A program made the position numbers and the translations under genes. The notes below the pieces were generated by a model. That model was not told the origin of the DNA. It ran no database searches and was given only the letters and a program-made list of their open reading frames with translations. 64,000 nt of DNA from Glaucostegus cemiculus (taxonomy: Eukaryota): the NCBI GenBank assembly GCA_976551045.1, contig CDPCPM010000092.1, forward strand, positions 9,362,001 through 9,426,000. The letters are read 5' to 3'. Shown here piece by piece: positions 13,001 through 25,519 of the stretch; the stretch's first letter is position 1; each line of letters opens with the position of its first letter.

Positions 13001-14585
13001 TCTTTTCAAAATAAAAACTGCATATGTTGGGAATCTTAAAAAAAAACCAGAAAATGCTGGAAATACTCAGCAAGTCATGAAACATCTGTGGGAAGCAAAA
13101 CAGAGCCAACATTTTAGGTCTATTCTTTAGCCAATTTACTATCCATGTTACAACTGCCCCTTTTTCTGTGGACTTTGCTAATAAACCTAATATTTAGGAT
13201 TTTGTCAAGCATGACATTTGTGAATAAATCACTAGCTAACCTAAAAAAAAATGGGGCATGAGAATGTCTCAAACTCACCATCCACTTACCCAAAGAAGAT
13301 ATGTCTAAAAGAAAAAAAATCGTCCCCAGCTATAAATGTGCTACAAAATCTTCAAGAATGTAAGTGAATGTTTGATTAGCACATGAGGCTCTCTTAAAAA
13401 TCCTCAATGGGAATTCCTATAGGCAGTCTCCAACTGGCATTCAAACTTCGGTGAAAGCCTTGCAGCAATTTAATGACACAATTTATCTTACTTTGCATCA
13501 ATGTTTCATTGAAGTTACTGGGCCATTCAGAAGAATCTGAGATTTCTCCTTTTTCAAGAAAAAGCAAAAGTTAACACAGTGCCTGATTCAGAGTATCTTG
13601 ATGTATGTTCTGGGTGGGTGTTTGGACTACCTTGAATTAAAACTATTGGTATCACTGGAGATGTGTAGCTGCAGAACATTACTGGGTATGTTCTAATTTT
13701 TCCAGTTGCTTTTAGTCAGGTTTGAGGTCTGAGTGACAAAGAGAGATGTGTCATTAAGTTGCAGCAGTACCGTTGATTTTGTGAAAGTTCTAAAGATGTT
13801 GCATGCAACATACATGGAACAGTTGACTGGATAGGATTAGCATGAGAACATGTATATTGGATGCACCAGTATCTTCTACTATGATTCAGTAAAGTAGGAA
13901 TCTTCCTGCTCCCCTACTAACATATTCTAAAGGTCATTCCAATAATATTCCAAAATCATCCCACTCCTTTATCAATGGGTTCCTCTGAAGTGAGGGAGAT
14001 CTCATTGCCAACATTTCAAATGATATATTGAAATACGTAAGTAACGCTTTTTTTCTTTCTTTCCTAAATATTTATAAATTCTCTCACCAATTTTCATAGC
14101 CATTCCTGCTCTTGCTACCACCTTTGGTTTCCATACCAGTGTTCTCAATCGTTGCTATCACCATCTCTATTTCCTATCACTCTCATCTTTCATGTTTCTC
14201 TCATTGTGTTTGTATCTATCCAAGAAAAAAATAAGCGCCATCCAATTGCTTTCAATTTGACATTCAAATTCTTAACCTCCTCGTGTACTGCTCTCTTGTG
14301 GTCAAAGTGATTCTGCAGCTGTTAATTTAGTCAACCATTTCCTCTAATCCACCTTTGATGTCCTTTTTCACAGTAAAACTTTAAACCTCTTTTGTGCCAG
14401 CGTTCTCCTGGTTCAGCTCTCACCTTTGCTGCCTCAATGGGCAGAGAGCTGAGTATATGTTACAGATAGCTGGTTGAGCAATCTATTGTTTGATCTGCAT
14501 GGATTGTGTAAAATACTATTAGGCCCTGCTCTGCCCTTCCAGAACTGCTCCATACTCTGGGATAATCCTGGACAACAAAGATAAT

Positions 14586-14850
14586 GATAGAAATTTACAA
14601 CACAGAAGGAGACCATTCAGTTTATCATGCCTCTGCTGTTCAAAATTGTACTTTCAAATCCTGTCCTACCTCTATTAGGTCCATAATACTGCATGTCACA
14701 GTCTTTATGTATACACACAGGCACTTTTTAATTATGATGAGAGTTTCTGCCTCTACACTCTTTCAGGTAGTGAATTCCAAGTCCCTACCATTTTTTGGGT
14801 GGAAGTATTTTTTTCCTCATCTCCTTTCTAATCCTTCTATTATTAAGCCT
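14586..14850 (-). mobile_element. CR1 3' fragment
   Basis: Tail start tagaaatttacaacacagaaggagaccattcag and gtgaattccaag...gggtggaagtattttttcct. Confidence 0.6.
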
Positions 14851-15039
14851 TGGCTTCCTTTCCAACCATCAAACCTACACTAAAATGTTATTTTTCTTGC
14901 ACTTACTGCTCTTTCACTTCTAACGAGCACAAAGAACCCATGGATTTCTTTTTCACCAGGCTAGGAAAAATGTGTGTAGTCGCCTCTGTTACTTCCCCTC
15001 CTGATGCCCATACCATACTTGGCTTTTAATGTTGAAATA

Positions 15040-15690
15040 AGTGTCAATTTGAGTTGACAAAGGGCAGATGAAATTGAATGCAGCAAAGCATTATTGGACC
15101 CTGAAATTCATATACAGAGGTTGTAAGTACCGATCTAGAGAGGTAATGTTGAACTTCTATAAAACACAGAGATATTGCAACCAGTTCTGGTCACTATATT
15201 TTGGAAAGACTTGTCCAAGGGAGGTGCCAGAGGAATTTATTAGAATGACAGTAGGAGTGAAGGATTTCAGCAACAGGTTAAACTGAAAAAGGTAGTTGAA
15301 AGAGGCATAGAAGACATAATGGGATTAAATGGGGTAATGAAAGAGAACTGTTCCCTTCAGCAGATAGTTCAAGGTTCAAGGAACAAGGAACACAGATTCA
15401 AAGTGAAGGGCAGAAGAAGGAGCGGGAGGTTGGGGGTGAAGGCAGTAGGGAAAGAGATACCTTTACATGGATCATGGTTGTGATCTGGAACTCACTGCCC
15501 ATAAGGTTGGTGAAAGCAGTGAAACAAGGTTCCAAAAGGGAATTGGATAGCCATTTGAAGGGAAATAACTTGCATGGATACAGGGAATGAACATGGAAAA
15601 TGGGGCAAATGGGACTGATTATAGTGATCTACAATGGAGGAACCATCCTGTGCCAATCTATTTCATTTAGCACTGTGATAATTCTATTCT
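15040..15690 (+). mobile_element. Old CR1 3' fragment
   Basis: YRSREVMLNFYKT...YCNQFWSLYF peptide followed by a decayed 3' UTR ending attctattctatg. Confidence 0.75.
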
Positions 15691-16815
15691 ATGATATTGT
15701 GATCACAAAGAAATATCAATGGACCATCTCGGAAGTTAGCCCATAATTACAGTCTATCACTCCATTTTCTATGTAACACAATCACTGTTTTAGGAACCAG
15801 AAGAGACTGCCACTGTGTAACTGCAATGATAATCTTTCCAATACTTCATTGAAAATATGTTTAGAATCATTCATGTCCATAGAAACCAGACAATAGAATA
15901 CCTAAATAAGAATGGCTGTCATTCAATCAATGTGGATATTAATTAAAAGGTTTTCTGTTTCAGCATGGATCTGCACAACATGGTATTTTTTCTCAAATTT
16001 GACATTAAGCTATTACCATGAAGTAGGATTTGTGAAATCCATGTCATGTACCTATTAAGTGAAGTGAGAAAAAAGAAATATTCTCATAGATGCATCATGA
16101 CTAGATAATCCTCTGTCATTTAAATGACTGCATGCAACAAAGCCACTCCAGCATGATACTTTCAATGGTAGTTGTTAAATCTACAAAGTAAAGGTCATTA
16201 ATGGCCTCCTTATCGAAGAGAATAACTTCTCATTTGTATTCATTACAATTTTTGTCAGTTTGACACTTAATATTGAATATATTTTAAAAACAAAATATAA
16301 AGAGCTATGAGTAAATTTAATATCCTGTTTATTTCAGTAGAATATTTTTCTTTAATTAACATTTGTATGTGGCCTCATTAGGTAACTAAGACCGATAAGT
16401 TAATGGGGGAATTTAATTCTGCCAGTGGAATGGAATTACCCCGCATTAAAAACTAGTTTTTCAATGTATCTGAAACGCTATAATTTGGTGTACAAATTGG
16501 GTTTTGTGCTATTAAGTAGTAAATATACTGTATATGAAACAATATTTAAGAACTATATTAAATATTTATTTTATTGTCTTTACATCCAAGTATGAGAAAT
16601 GTGGGGGAGAAAAAGGCTTCCGGTACAATGGTGTCAAAAATGTTTACATTATCAGTGTAGGCAGTGGCTCAGTGAATTTATCCAATTAGCAGATTAGCTC
16701 CCAGATTAGGATGGTTAATCCTCACCTAATGGTGAATCTCCATTACTCATTTTAAAAAAGACCATTATGATTGACCTCATAATCCTAAAAGGTGTTGGTC
16801 ATTTATAACATAATA

Positions 16816-16910
16816 GATTAACATGGGTGTAATTGGGCGGCACAGGCTCATTGGGCCGGAACGGCCTGTTACCGTGCTGTATAAATAAGTCTAAAAAAAA
16901 TTAAATTAAC
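16816..16910 (+). mobile_element. V-SINE 3' tail fragment (CR1-type tail)
   Basis: ttaacatgggtgtaattgggcggcacaggctcattgggccgg matches the reverse complement of 6990-7066. Confidence 0.8.
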
Positions 16911-17004
16911 CTCCTATAAATCACTCCAGTTTCTTTTGTGCATAAATTAGACACATAATTAAAACTGCTACTAGTATAAACATTTATTGATATCTTAAAA
17001 CAAA

Positions 17005-17222
17005 GCACAGAAAGTAGTAGGTGCCTGGAACATGCCGCCAGGGTTGGGAGCAGGAGGGGTGGTATTCAAGGCACATTTTAGATAGGCACATGAATATGTA
17101 GAGGATGGAGGGATATGAATTATTTGCAGGCAGAAGGACACAGTTTAATTTAGCATCATGCTAGGCACAGACATCGTGGGCCGAAGGACCTGTTTCTGTG
17201 TTGTATGGTTCTATGTTCTATA
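17005..17222 (+). mobile_element. CR1 3' end
   Basis: cacagaaagtagtaggtgcctggaac...gggccgaaggacctgtttctgtgttgtatggttctatgttcta. Confidence 0.8.
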
Positions 17223-17945
17223 TAGGGAAAATACTGATGTATGTCATGGCAGCCACACAAAAAATGAAAAATAGGTAAGTTTACGATGGAGTACTTTTGT
17301 TAGCTTGCTGATCTCAATTTCTTCAATAGAAAAAATTCATGATAAAGTTCAGTTTTACTTTCTTAATTTCATGTTTTTAAGAATTAACACATCTTATTTT
17401 TAAGCTTTGCATATTTTGCTGGTTGAGGACTTGTAATTCAACCTATTACTTCTATTGTCTATTTTATAGAAAAGGCATTTCTAGGTTATTTTTAGGAAAC
17501 ATTCAGGATGTGGAAGAATGGTAATCTCATAAAGAAAAATGCAAGATTTATAGTCATATACTTCCTTAATCTTATGCTTTTTGGGTTGCTTTTCAGCTAA
17601 TAAACTGTTTTTGTTCAATGGTGCTCCTCTGAAGTGCTTGAGGATATTTCATTATGTTGAAGGTGCAATATAAGTGCAGGTTGTTACTGTTATTAAAGAA
17701 CATTTACTGTTTCAGTATTGTGGACAGCACAGTCTAAAAATGGCATTGTAATGATTACCACATAATATATTTTAATGATATAATAACAGAACATACAGGT
17801 CAGATAGTATCTCTGGAGGGAAAATTGAGTTAATGTTTCTGCCCTATGAAGATTTTATCAGGACTTTTTTTAATTTCAGATTATTATCATCTGCAGAGCT
17901 GTACTTTCAATTTATATTTTAATCATGTAATTAAAGGCTAACTAC

Positions 17946-18242
17946 TAAGATAAGATCTTTATTGGTCACATGTACATCGAAACACACAGTGAAATACATC
18001 TTTTGTGTAGTGATTTTGGGAGGCAGCCCGCAAGTGTCGCCACGCTTCCAGCGCTAACATAACATGCCCATTACTTCCTAACCTGTACGTCTTTGGAATG
18101 TGGGAGGAAACCAGAGCACCCAGAGGAAACCCACACAGACACAGGGAGAACGTACAAACTCCATACAGACAGGGGCTGGATTTGAACCCAGGTCACTGGC
18201 ACTGTAAAGCTTTGTGCTAACCGCTATGCTACCGTGCTGTCC
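17946..18242 (-). mobile_element. Full-length V-SINE with Rex1/Babar-type tail
   Basis: Same tRNA head and V-domain as 6986-7237. The tail ends gatgtacatgtgaccaataaagatcttatctta. Confidence 0.85.
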
Positions 18243-18257
18243 ATAACATAACATAAT

Positions 18258-18400
18258 TAGCCAGGACACCAGAAATTCTCCTGTCATTCTTTGAAATAGT
18301 AGCTTGGCCACTAAATGGCCAGACAGAACTTTGGTTTAACATCATGAGAAAAGGCACCTCTGTCAGGGCTGTGCTTGCTTGATATGAGCTAGATTGTCAT
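18258..18400 (-). mobile_element. Deu-domain SINE relic (related relics about 33120-33240, 36090-36330, 37430-37760)
   Basis: gccaggacacc...tctttgaaatagt...ggtttaacatc...ggcacctctgtcag resembles the reverse complement of the DeuSINE (SacSINE1/AmnSINE1) core as recalled. Confidence 0.5.
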
Positions 18401-20029
18401 TTTTGTATGTAGTGGCTTGCTCTCTAACACTTTGCATTTATGTGTGCTGCCCACTTGTTTGGGAACAGCACATCCAAGTCAAAGCAAAGTAGTTTCCCAT
18501 GGTGGCTACAATGCAGGTATAATGATATCATGCATTTACCATGTAGCGTTGGCCTGTAAAAGAGAACTCTGCCTGCTGCTATCTGGCAAGAGGGAATGAA
18601 CAGTGCTTTGCATTAGTGATCACCCTCATGCGTCAGTGGATAGCAAACTCTGAGAAGCTGCTCATTTCTTGAGTCACTGTTCAGAAGGACAGGGAATGGT
18701 CACATTAATAACCTATGTTACGTTATGGCAGATGCCAAACTTCAGCAAGGAAATCTCATGCACTGTTCCACACCAAGGTTCAGGGAGGAGTACTGCTCCT
18801 TAGACATCCTGGATGCTTACAGCCACATGCTGAGAACCCTATCACTTATCTACCTCCCTCCTCGAGCAGCTTCTGCTCTGCATGCTCTCTTGCTTGTTCT
18901 CCAAGTCATACTGCAGTCCATACCCAATTTGGGGAGCTTCAGTCCATGGTACAGTACTTTCTGTAAAACTTTAAAACCACAAAGAATTTACGTTGCATTT
19001 GAAACTGGAAATAATTACTTGTCTCTTTAATTGAGGAAGCCCTCAGTATAGGATTACATCAATGATCAAAATAGTTGGATGAAGCCTGTGTTCTAAAAGA
19101 TTTTAGGATAAAAGAGAAAAGAGTGTTTGAGAAATATGATGTGCTTCATAGTTCTGAGAATGAATTACAACAAGGGGTGAAACAGTAAGTGAGGATGAAG
19201 GGAACAATGAAATTTGAATGCCAGCTAAATTAAAAAAATGTATAACTTGGACCATTATAACAGTATACCAAACAATTAAATAATGCTAAACAAAATACCC
19301 ACTCAGTGGATAGAAGTGGGATAGAAATAGAACATGATTGGAAAATTGGCAATTCAGAAACAGGTTGAAGCCTGCAAGAGTTTCAGAAGCAGACCAAATC
19401 AACATGAGGTGTAGCAGATATAGTTTATTAATAGATTTAAATCATACACTGTTTTAGAATCCACAAGAGAATCATTAGCACAACTACAATGCAGCCGACA
19501 TTTCATCACTAGGTTTTGCTGGGAGGAATCTCAATGTCAGGATCCTCTTCTGACTTTTTTAATGAGGAATATCTGGCTTTTTTTCATATCTTGTCATATT
19601 TTGGTGTAACCCAGCCACTGAGGGTTTGATAACTAAGTAAAGATTTCTTCTCATCTTGTCATTTGCAGCTTTTTCAACTGGTTGTTGTGAATAATTAATA
19701 TTTGCTAAGTGTGGCTATTAATCTGGATTAATCAAGAACTTCCTTCTCGTTATTTGTGAGGCCGTTGTGGGAGATCTCATCAGTAACTCAGTATGCTGGA
19801 AAAGCATGCTGGAATACTTAGTTCTTCCAGTTTGTGAAATATCTAAGCAACATTTACAACCATTCCAGCTTTATATGAAAAGCCTAGTGAAAGTCCAACA
19901 TTTCCTTGCAAACAAGAAGAAGCACTCCTGCTCTTTCAAGCCCACAAAAAGTCCTCCAAAAAAGTTTACCAGTAACCTTCATGGGCTTGCCTTGGAATCA
20001 AATAATAATATGACAAGGGGAGGAAGCTC

Positions 20030-20160
20030 ATTGGATAGGAAAGATTCAGTGTGATATGGGGCCAAACGTTGGGAAATGGGACTAGCTCAAGTAGACAACT
20101 TGCTTGGCATGGACAAGTTGGGCTGAAGGGCCTTTTCTGTGCTATATAACTCTATGACTT
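20030..20160 (+). mobile_element. CR1 3' tail fragment
   Basis: ggcatggacaagttgggctgaagggccttttctgtgctatataactctatgact. Confidence 0.75.
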
Positions 20161-20259
20161 GTGCTTGTGCTGGCTCTTTGCAATCAACCCCACTACCTTA
20201 GTACAAAAATTGAAAGTGCTGGAAATAGTCAGCAGGGCAGGCAACATCAATCCTGAGAC

Positions 20260-20545
20260 CCCTCAACCTCCACCACTCCAGAGAAAACAACCCAAGTTTG
20301 CCCAACCTCTCCTTATAGCACATGCCCTCTAATCCAGGCAGCACCCTGGTAAACCTCTTCTGCATTCCACATCCTTCCTACAATGGGGCAATCAGAATGA
20401 ATGCAATACTCCAGATGCGGCCTAACTAGAGTTCTATAAAGCTGCAACATGACTTCCCAACTCTTGAACTCATTGCCTCAACTAATAAAACAAGCATGCC
20501 ATATTCCTTCTTTACCACCTGATCAACCTGTGCAACCGCTTTTAG
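20260..20545 (-). mobile_element. CR1 ORF2 fragment
   Basis: Minus strand LQLYRTLVRPHLEYCI and FTRVLPGLEGMCYKERLGKLGLFSLE. Confidence 0.85.
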
Positions 20546-21796
20546 GGGGAATCCTCCATCAGGGACTTATCAGAACTACCGCAGGATTTCTTCACAGCAG
20601 GTCACAAGTCCCTGCCCACCACTGGCCCCTTCACAACATCACTGCAATATTAAATTAAACATGTGCTGACATTGCTTCCCCTGCTGACAGAAGCTGACAT
20701 TTAGCTTGTTGGGTTCTGCTGCTGAGAGAGGAAGGAGGGAGCAACGAGTGGTGAATAGAGGAAGGAGGGAGGGGAAGAAGGAAAGGGAGGGAGGTCAATT
20801 GGAGAGAGGAGGGGGTGTGGAATGGAGGCAGCTGGGTGGATTCACATGTTCCAGGCTGGCAGTAAACTAAATGACTCTGGGACCACATTTTCCCTGGAGT
20901 CATCCAACATGGTTCAGAATAGGGTGGTCAGTGGTGAGCATTCCAGCTCACTCCTGACCTTCGAAACAAATTGAAGCGTGTCTCAGAGTGATCTTCCTAG
21001 ATGTTCCTTCCACGAACCACTGGGAACTCGCTGATAAGGCAAACATACCCTTCTCCCAGTAAGCTTCACACATCATGAATCACACCCACAGCATTCTCTA
21101 CCCACAACCTGCCCTATGACAAGCATAAATCGAACTGGCAAGGAGAATGAAAGTGATTATTGAAGTCTCACTCTCAAACTGAACAGAAGTGTTCCACAAA
21201 GCTGACATCCAATCCACATGCAATCTCTCAGATGTAAAAGAGACTGTGTTGCGAGCAGTAATATACAAATTTAAAAAGCACATAAATTATTGTTTCACAG
21301 AGAGGCAGAGTTTGTGGATATGAACAGTGAGGAAAAAAGAGGTAAAATATGTAATGTTGTCTTTTCTGCTTTTGCACAGGGAATTGCCTTGAATGCTGAA
21401 AGGGGAAGGCAGGGGAGGGAAGACACTAAACGTGTTGTTAGTAGGAAAGGATGATCCATTGAGTGTACAGATCGGTGATATTGAAGTTGAAGGAACTGTC
21501 ATAGTTCTGGGAAGTTTGGGAAGGGGTGAAACTGGGGATGCATCTGTCACATTAATGGACTCTCCCTTGCTCTTTTACCATCACCCTAAAAATTTTTCTC
21601 CTGCATTCTGGTTGCCATAATGCATTACTCATGAGCTAGAGGCCGTGGAGCTATAGTCAGACTTGCAGTTAAAATGGTGTGCACATCCTCATTATATCTT
21701 ACACTGTTCTTTTCAGACAGGAGTGGTTTAAAAGTGATCCTTAAATGTGCTGGGTCAAAATATTAACTCACTGTGTGTTGCTCTTATATTTTGTAG

Positions 21797-21872
21797 ATGA
21801 TTCAGACAACCAAAGCTCTACTGGAAAATGGTGATGGGGTGAGTGAAAAAATATTGCAGTGTCAAAGAACAG
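21797..21872 (+). CDS. PLCL2: PLCL2 internal exon (76 nt, phase 0 to 1), MIQTTKALLENGDGVSEKILQCQRT
   Basis: Acceptor ttatattttgtAG and donor CAG|gtatgt. The peptide resembles the mammalian PLCL2 segment MIQSLKALIENADAVYEKIVHCQKA (recalled) and joins the 33612 exon in frame. Confidence 0.92.
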
Positions 21873-22244
21873 GTATGTGCAAATTTTGAAGTTGCTTCCT
21901 TAAAATGGTTTTACTGCCTGCATAACAATTATTGAGTTATCATTTGTGTATTTAACAAGTTTTTACAATTAATACATTTTACATACTTACCATAGATAAA
22001 TGTTGAATTATTTGCAAACAAAGTAGAACTTGTAATTCGTTGTGTTTGCAAAATTAGCTTCCATTGATGGAAGGAATGGTGTGAATAAATTCCTTTTGGA
22101 GTACCAATAACTGAAATTTAAAATGGTAACGTAACTAACCAAAAATCCCTTCCTACTACTTGGAACCCTATACTGAATGGGACAGTGCAGAATGCTTGCT
22201 CTTGACAAGACAGAGGATTAATTTGCCTAATGATTCTGTTTGTT

Positions 22245-22790
22245 GAAAAACCTTCATCTACCCTGTTAGTCTCCCTCAGAATCTTACATACTTCAATAAG
22301 ATCCCTTCTTATTCTTGTAAACTCCAATGAGTATATGCCTAATCTGCTCAACCTTTCTCATCCCCATTATCCCCATTATCCCAGGCCTGAACCTAGTGAA
22401 CCGTCTCTGCATTGCCTCCAATGCAAACTCATCCCTCCATAAATACGGAAACCAAAATTCCTGGTGCCATCACAGCAGCACCTATAAAACTGCACCAGAA
22501 CTTCTGTACATTTATACCCCGTACGCCCTTTAGTAAAGGCTTAACATTCCATTCACCCTCTTTATTATTGGCTGTACTTACATGCTAATTTTTCATATTT
22601 TATCTACGATGACCCCCAAATCCCTTTGAACCATAACATTTTGTCTCACCCCATTTATATAATAATTTTCATTTTCATTCTCCCTTCCAAAGTGAATAAT
22701 CTCACATCTTCCCCCATTATGCTCCGGCGGCCAAATTCTTGCCCTTTGTAAGCCCTTTATATCTTCCTCACAACCTGCTGACTTACCTAA
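22245..22790 (-). mobile_element. CR1 ORF2 remnant
   Basis: SRLGIYSLEFTRIRRDLIEVCKIL and CEIIHFGREN...QRDLGV peptides. Confidence 0.8.
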
Positions 22791-23268
22791 GAAAAGCAAA
22801 TTAAAATCTTTTGACAGAAGCTAGGGATTTTAAATTTGGTTAATTGAATGAAAACATAGCATCAATAGTAATGACCATAAAACTGTCAGATAGACATAAA
22901 AACCCATTTAGTTCACTAATATGAATCAAAGAAGGAAATCTGTGGTCGTTACTCAGGCTGGTCTATACATGACTGCAACACACACCAAGGTGTTGGATTC
23001 TGAACTGCATTCCAGCAAACCACTTCTTGTATTGATTCACAACCTCAAGTGTATCATGTACATACTATGTTCATTAAGATTGTTGTATTGGTCCTCCATC
23101 TGGAAAACATCAACGACTTCCTTTCTTATATGTTCATGAGTTGCAGCTTCTGTTGCAGTAGGTGCAAAAAGATTGCAAAATGTTATGATTGGCTGCATTT
23201 CACTGCTTTTACGTATGTTGCCTGTGTTAACAATTAAGCCAAAACATATTGAATTCAGGCAGAGTAAA

Positions 23269-23459
23269 AGCATTAAACTTCAGTGATTCCCATGAAATAT
23301 TTAAATACCATCACTACCTAGCATCATATATTAGTTTACCGCATCTATTTTGTTTAATGGTAGCATTAAACTTCAGTGATTCCCATGAAATATTTAAATA
23401 CCATCACTACCTAGCATCATATATTAGTTTACCGCATCTATTTTGTTTAATGGTAGCAT
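23269..23459. repeat. Perfect 93-bp tandem duplication
   Basis: 23269-23361 is identical to 23362-23454, followed by a third AGCAT at 23455-23459. Confidence 0.95.
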
Positions 23460-23919
23460 CTGTTGAAGCCATCACTTGCAAAACCACTGGGTTAAGGACA
23501 TTTCTTAGTGTTGCCTTTCTTAATTGTCTTATGTTAAGAATGTCATCACATAAAATAATATCCTCTTAAAATTTTCATTTATATGGCACCTTGAATATAG
23601 TACCTGAATATGTCCTGTCCCACTGGCAGGACCCACTGTACACTGTATGGTGGAACTGAGGAACGGGTAATTAGAAGGTCCTCATTGGATGCCATGATGA
23701 ATCCTGGCATCAGCACAAATATAGATAAGGAAATATCCTGCTTATCACTACCTCCAGCATGTACTGCCCAGCTGATGAATTGGTTGTCACCCTTGTTAAC
23801 GCAACTTGGAAGAAATAAGGGCTCAGAATGCACTCTGCCTGGGATATTTCAATGCCCACTAGTAAGACTGACCACCATCACTACCATGTCTAACCAAACC
23901 GGTGATGTCTAGCAACCCC

Positions 23920-24911
23920 AAGGTGTCCTGCGTTGAGTAACTCGACTTTCTATCATCTGCAAGACACAAGTCAGGAGTGTGTTGGAATTCTCTCTACGTG
24001 GATGCATAGACTCAGTTGGCTGTCTGGCCTCCTGTGTTAGGAAATATGAAAAATATCATCATCCCTTCATCATTTTGATGACTCCTTTTTGAAACTCTTG
24101 AAACACTAATAACGCTGAAGAAGCTCAGCACATTCAGGAGAAAGCAACCCCTTGAATGCCATCCGAAGCATTCATTGCCTCCACCATTGGTGCGTAGTAG
24201 CTGCTATGTGTATCAGCAACAAAATACATCGCAATTACTTACCCAGGCTACTCTGACATTTCCCAAACCTGCAATCTTTACCACCAACAGGGATGAGAGC
24301 ATCATGTGCATGAAAACAGCATCAGATGCAGGTTGCCTGACCAAACACACATTACTTTGGCTTGGACAATTATAGCAGTACAGTGCTGTGGCAGGTAGTG
24401 TTGCTGCCCGACTGTTTCTGTAGCCAGGGTTTAATCCTGACCACCAGTGCTATCTGTGTGGAGTTTGCATGCTCTCCATGTGACAGTGTTGGTTTCCTTC
24501 CACATCCCAAAGACATGTTGGTCGGTTGATAGGTCATTTGGCAACTGAAAAATAAACCCCCTACTGTCGATGAGTGATAGAAAAATTAAGATGGAATTGA
24601 TAGCCATGTGAGAAATTAGAAATAAGTGGGAGAATGGGACTGACGGGAATGCTGTAAGACACATCATAGACTCAATAGGCTGTCTGGCCTCCTGTGTTGT
24701 AAAATATGTAAGTAACTATGAGAAATATCATTCCTTCATCATCACGGTGCCTCCTTTTTGGAACATTCTAAGCAAGAGCACTGTTAAGAGCATTTTCTCC
24801 TCAGGGATTATAGAAATTCAAAAAGATTGTATATCAGGACCTTCCCAAAAACATTGTTAGATGACTCTTAAATTCTGGCCTTATCAGTAATGGCCATGTT
24901 CAGTAAATGAA
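23920..24911 (+). mobile_element. 3' part of the second CR1/L2-group LINE family, interrupted by a SINE and a local duplication
   Basis: Colinear with 63000-63540 (atctgcaagacacaagtcaggagtg...; tail taaattctggccttatcagtaatggccatgttcagtaaatgaa). Confidence 0.7.
24376..24720 (+). mobile_element. V-SINE inserted in the LINE above
   Basis: gggtttaatcctgacc...tgctatctgtgtggagtttgcatgctctcc...ggtttccttccacatcccaaagacatg. Confidence 0.75.
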
Positions 24912-24945
24912 CATTTACTGAACATTTACTGAACATTTACACTTA

Positions 24946-25519
24946 TCTCCAGAAGATAGTTAGGGCTGCGGAGTGGATCATAGGTGTCTCACTTCCATCC
25001 CTCGCAGACATATACAAAGACCGTTGTGTGAGGAAGACCAAAAGCATAATGGCCGACCCTTCTCACCCCTCCCACCACCTCTTCACAATTTTGCCATCAG
25101 GGAGGAGGCTTAAATGTATCAGGGCAAGAACGACCAGGCTGAACAATAGCTTCTTTCTGCAAGCCATCAGAACTGCAAACTCTCTCATCCCTCCATCTTC
25201 CTTTGTTAACACTAAGAGATGCTAGGTGCACAGAAATGCACCAGCACTTTAAGTGCCCGACACCAGCCCGTTCACTTTAAGAACTATTTATTTATTAACT
25301 GGCCATTTTTAATTTAATCTGCATACTAATTTAATTTTAACTTCCGTAGCTTTTAATGTCTAATGTTTTGTAATGTTTATTCTGTCAAGTGTGTATGTGT
25401 GTCTCTGTTGGTTGTTATGTTATTTTATGGGACGAGCACCTGAGGAGGACGGTTTCTCGCTCCTATGCATACTATGTATGTATATGGTTGTGACAATAAA
25501 AACTGATTCTGATTCTGAA
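24946..25519 (+). mobile_element. Rex1/Babar LINE 3' fragment
   Basis: IMADPSHPSHHLFTILPSGRRLKCIRARTTRLNNSFF peptide. Tail gtgacaataaa followed by (ctgatt)n. Confidence 0.88.

Noticed and set aside
18715-19030. Two overlapping ORFs as the missing upstream PLCL2 exon
   Set aside because: Neither resembles the expected ELCGL...TYDM-type segment. That exon was not found and probably lies upstream of the window.
21287-21620. Overlapping 87-aa (minus) and 75-aa (plus) ORFs and a good acceptor at 21379
   Set aside because: No recognisable homology. In-phase splicing from PLCL2 would stop after 24 codons, and there is no convincing minus-strand acceptor.
23249-23569. 106-aa ORF with an internal 31-aa repeat
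   Set aside because: By-product of the 93-bp intronic duplication, with no splice or homology support.
24908-24940. CRISPR-like or other prokaryotic repeat array
   Set aside because: Three contiguous 11-mers without spacers in vertebrate DNA, with no cas-like ORFs.
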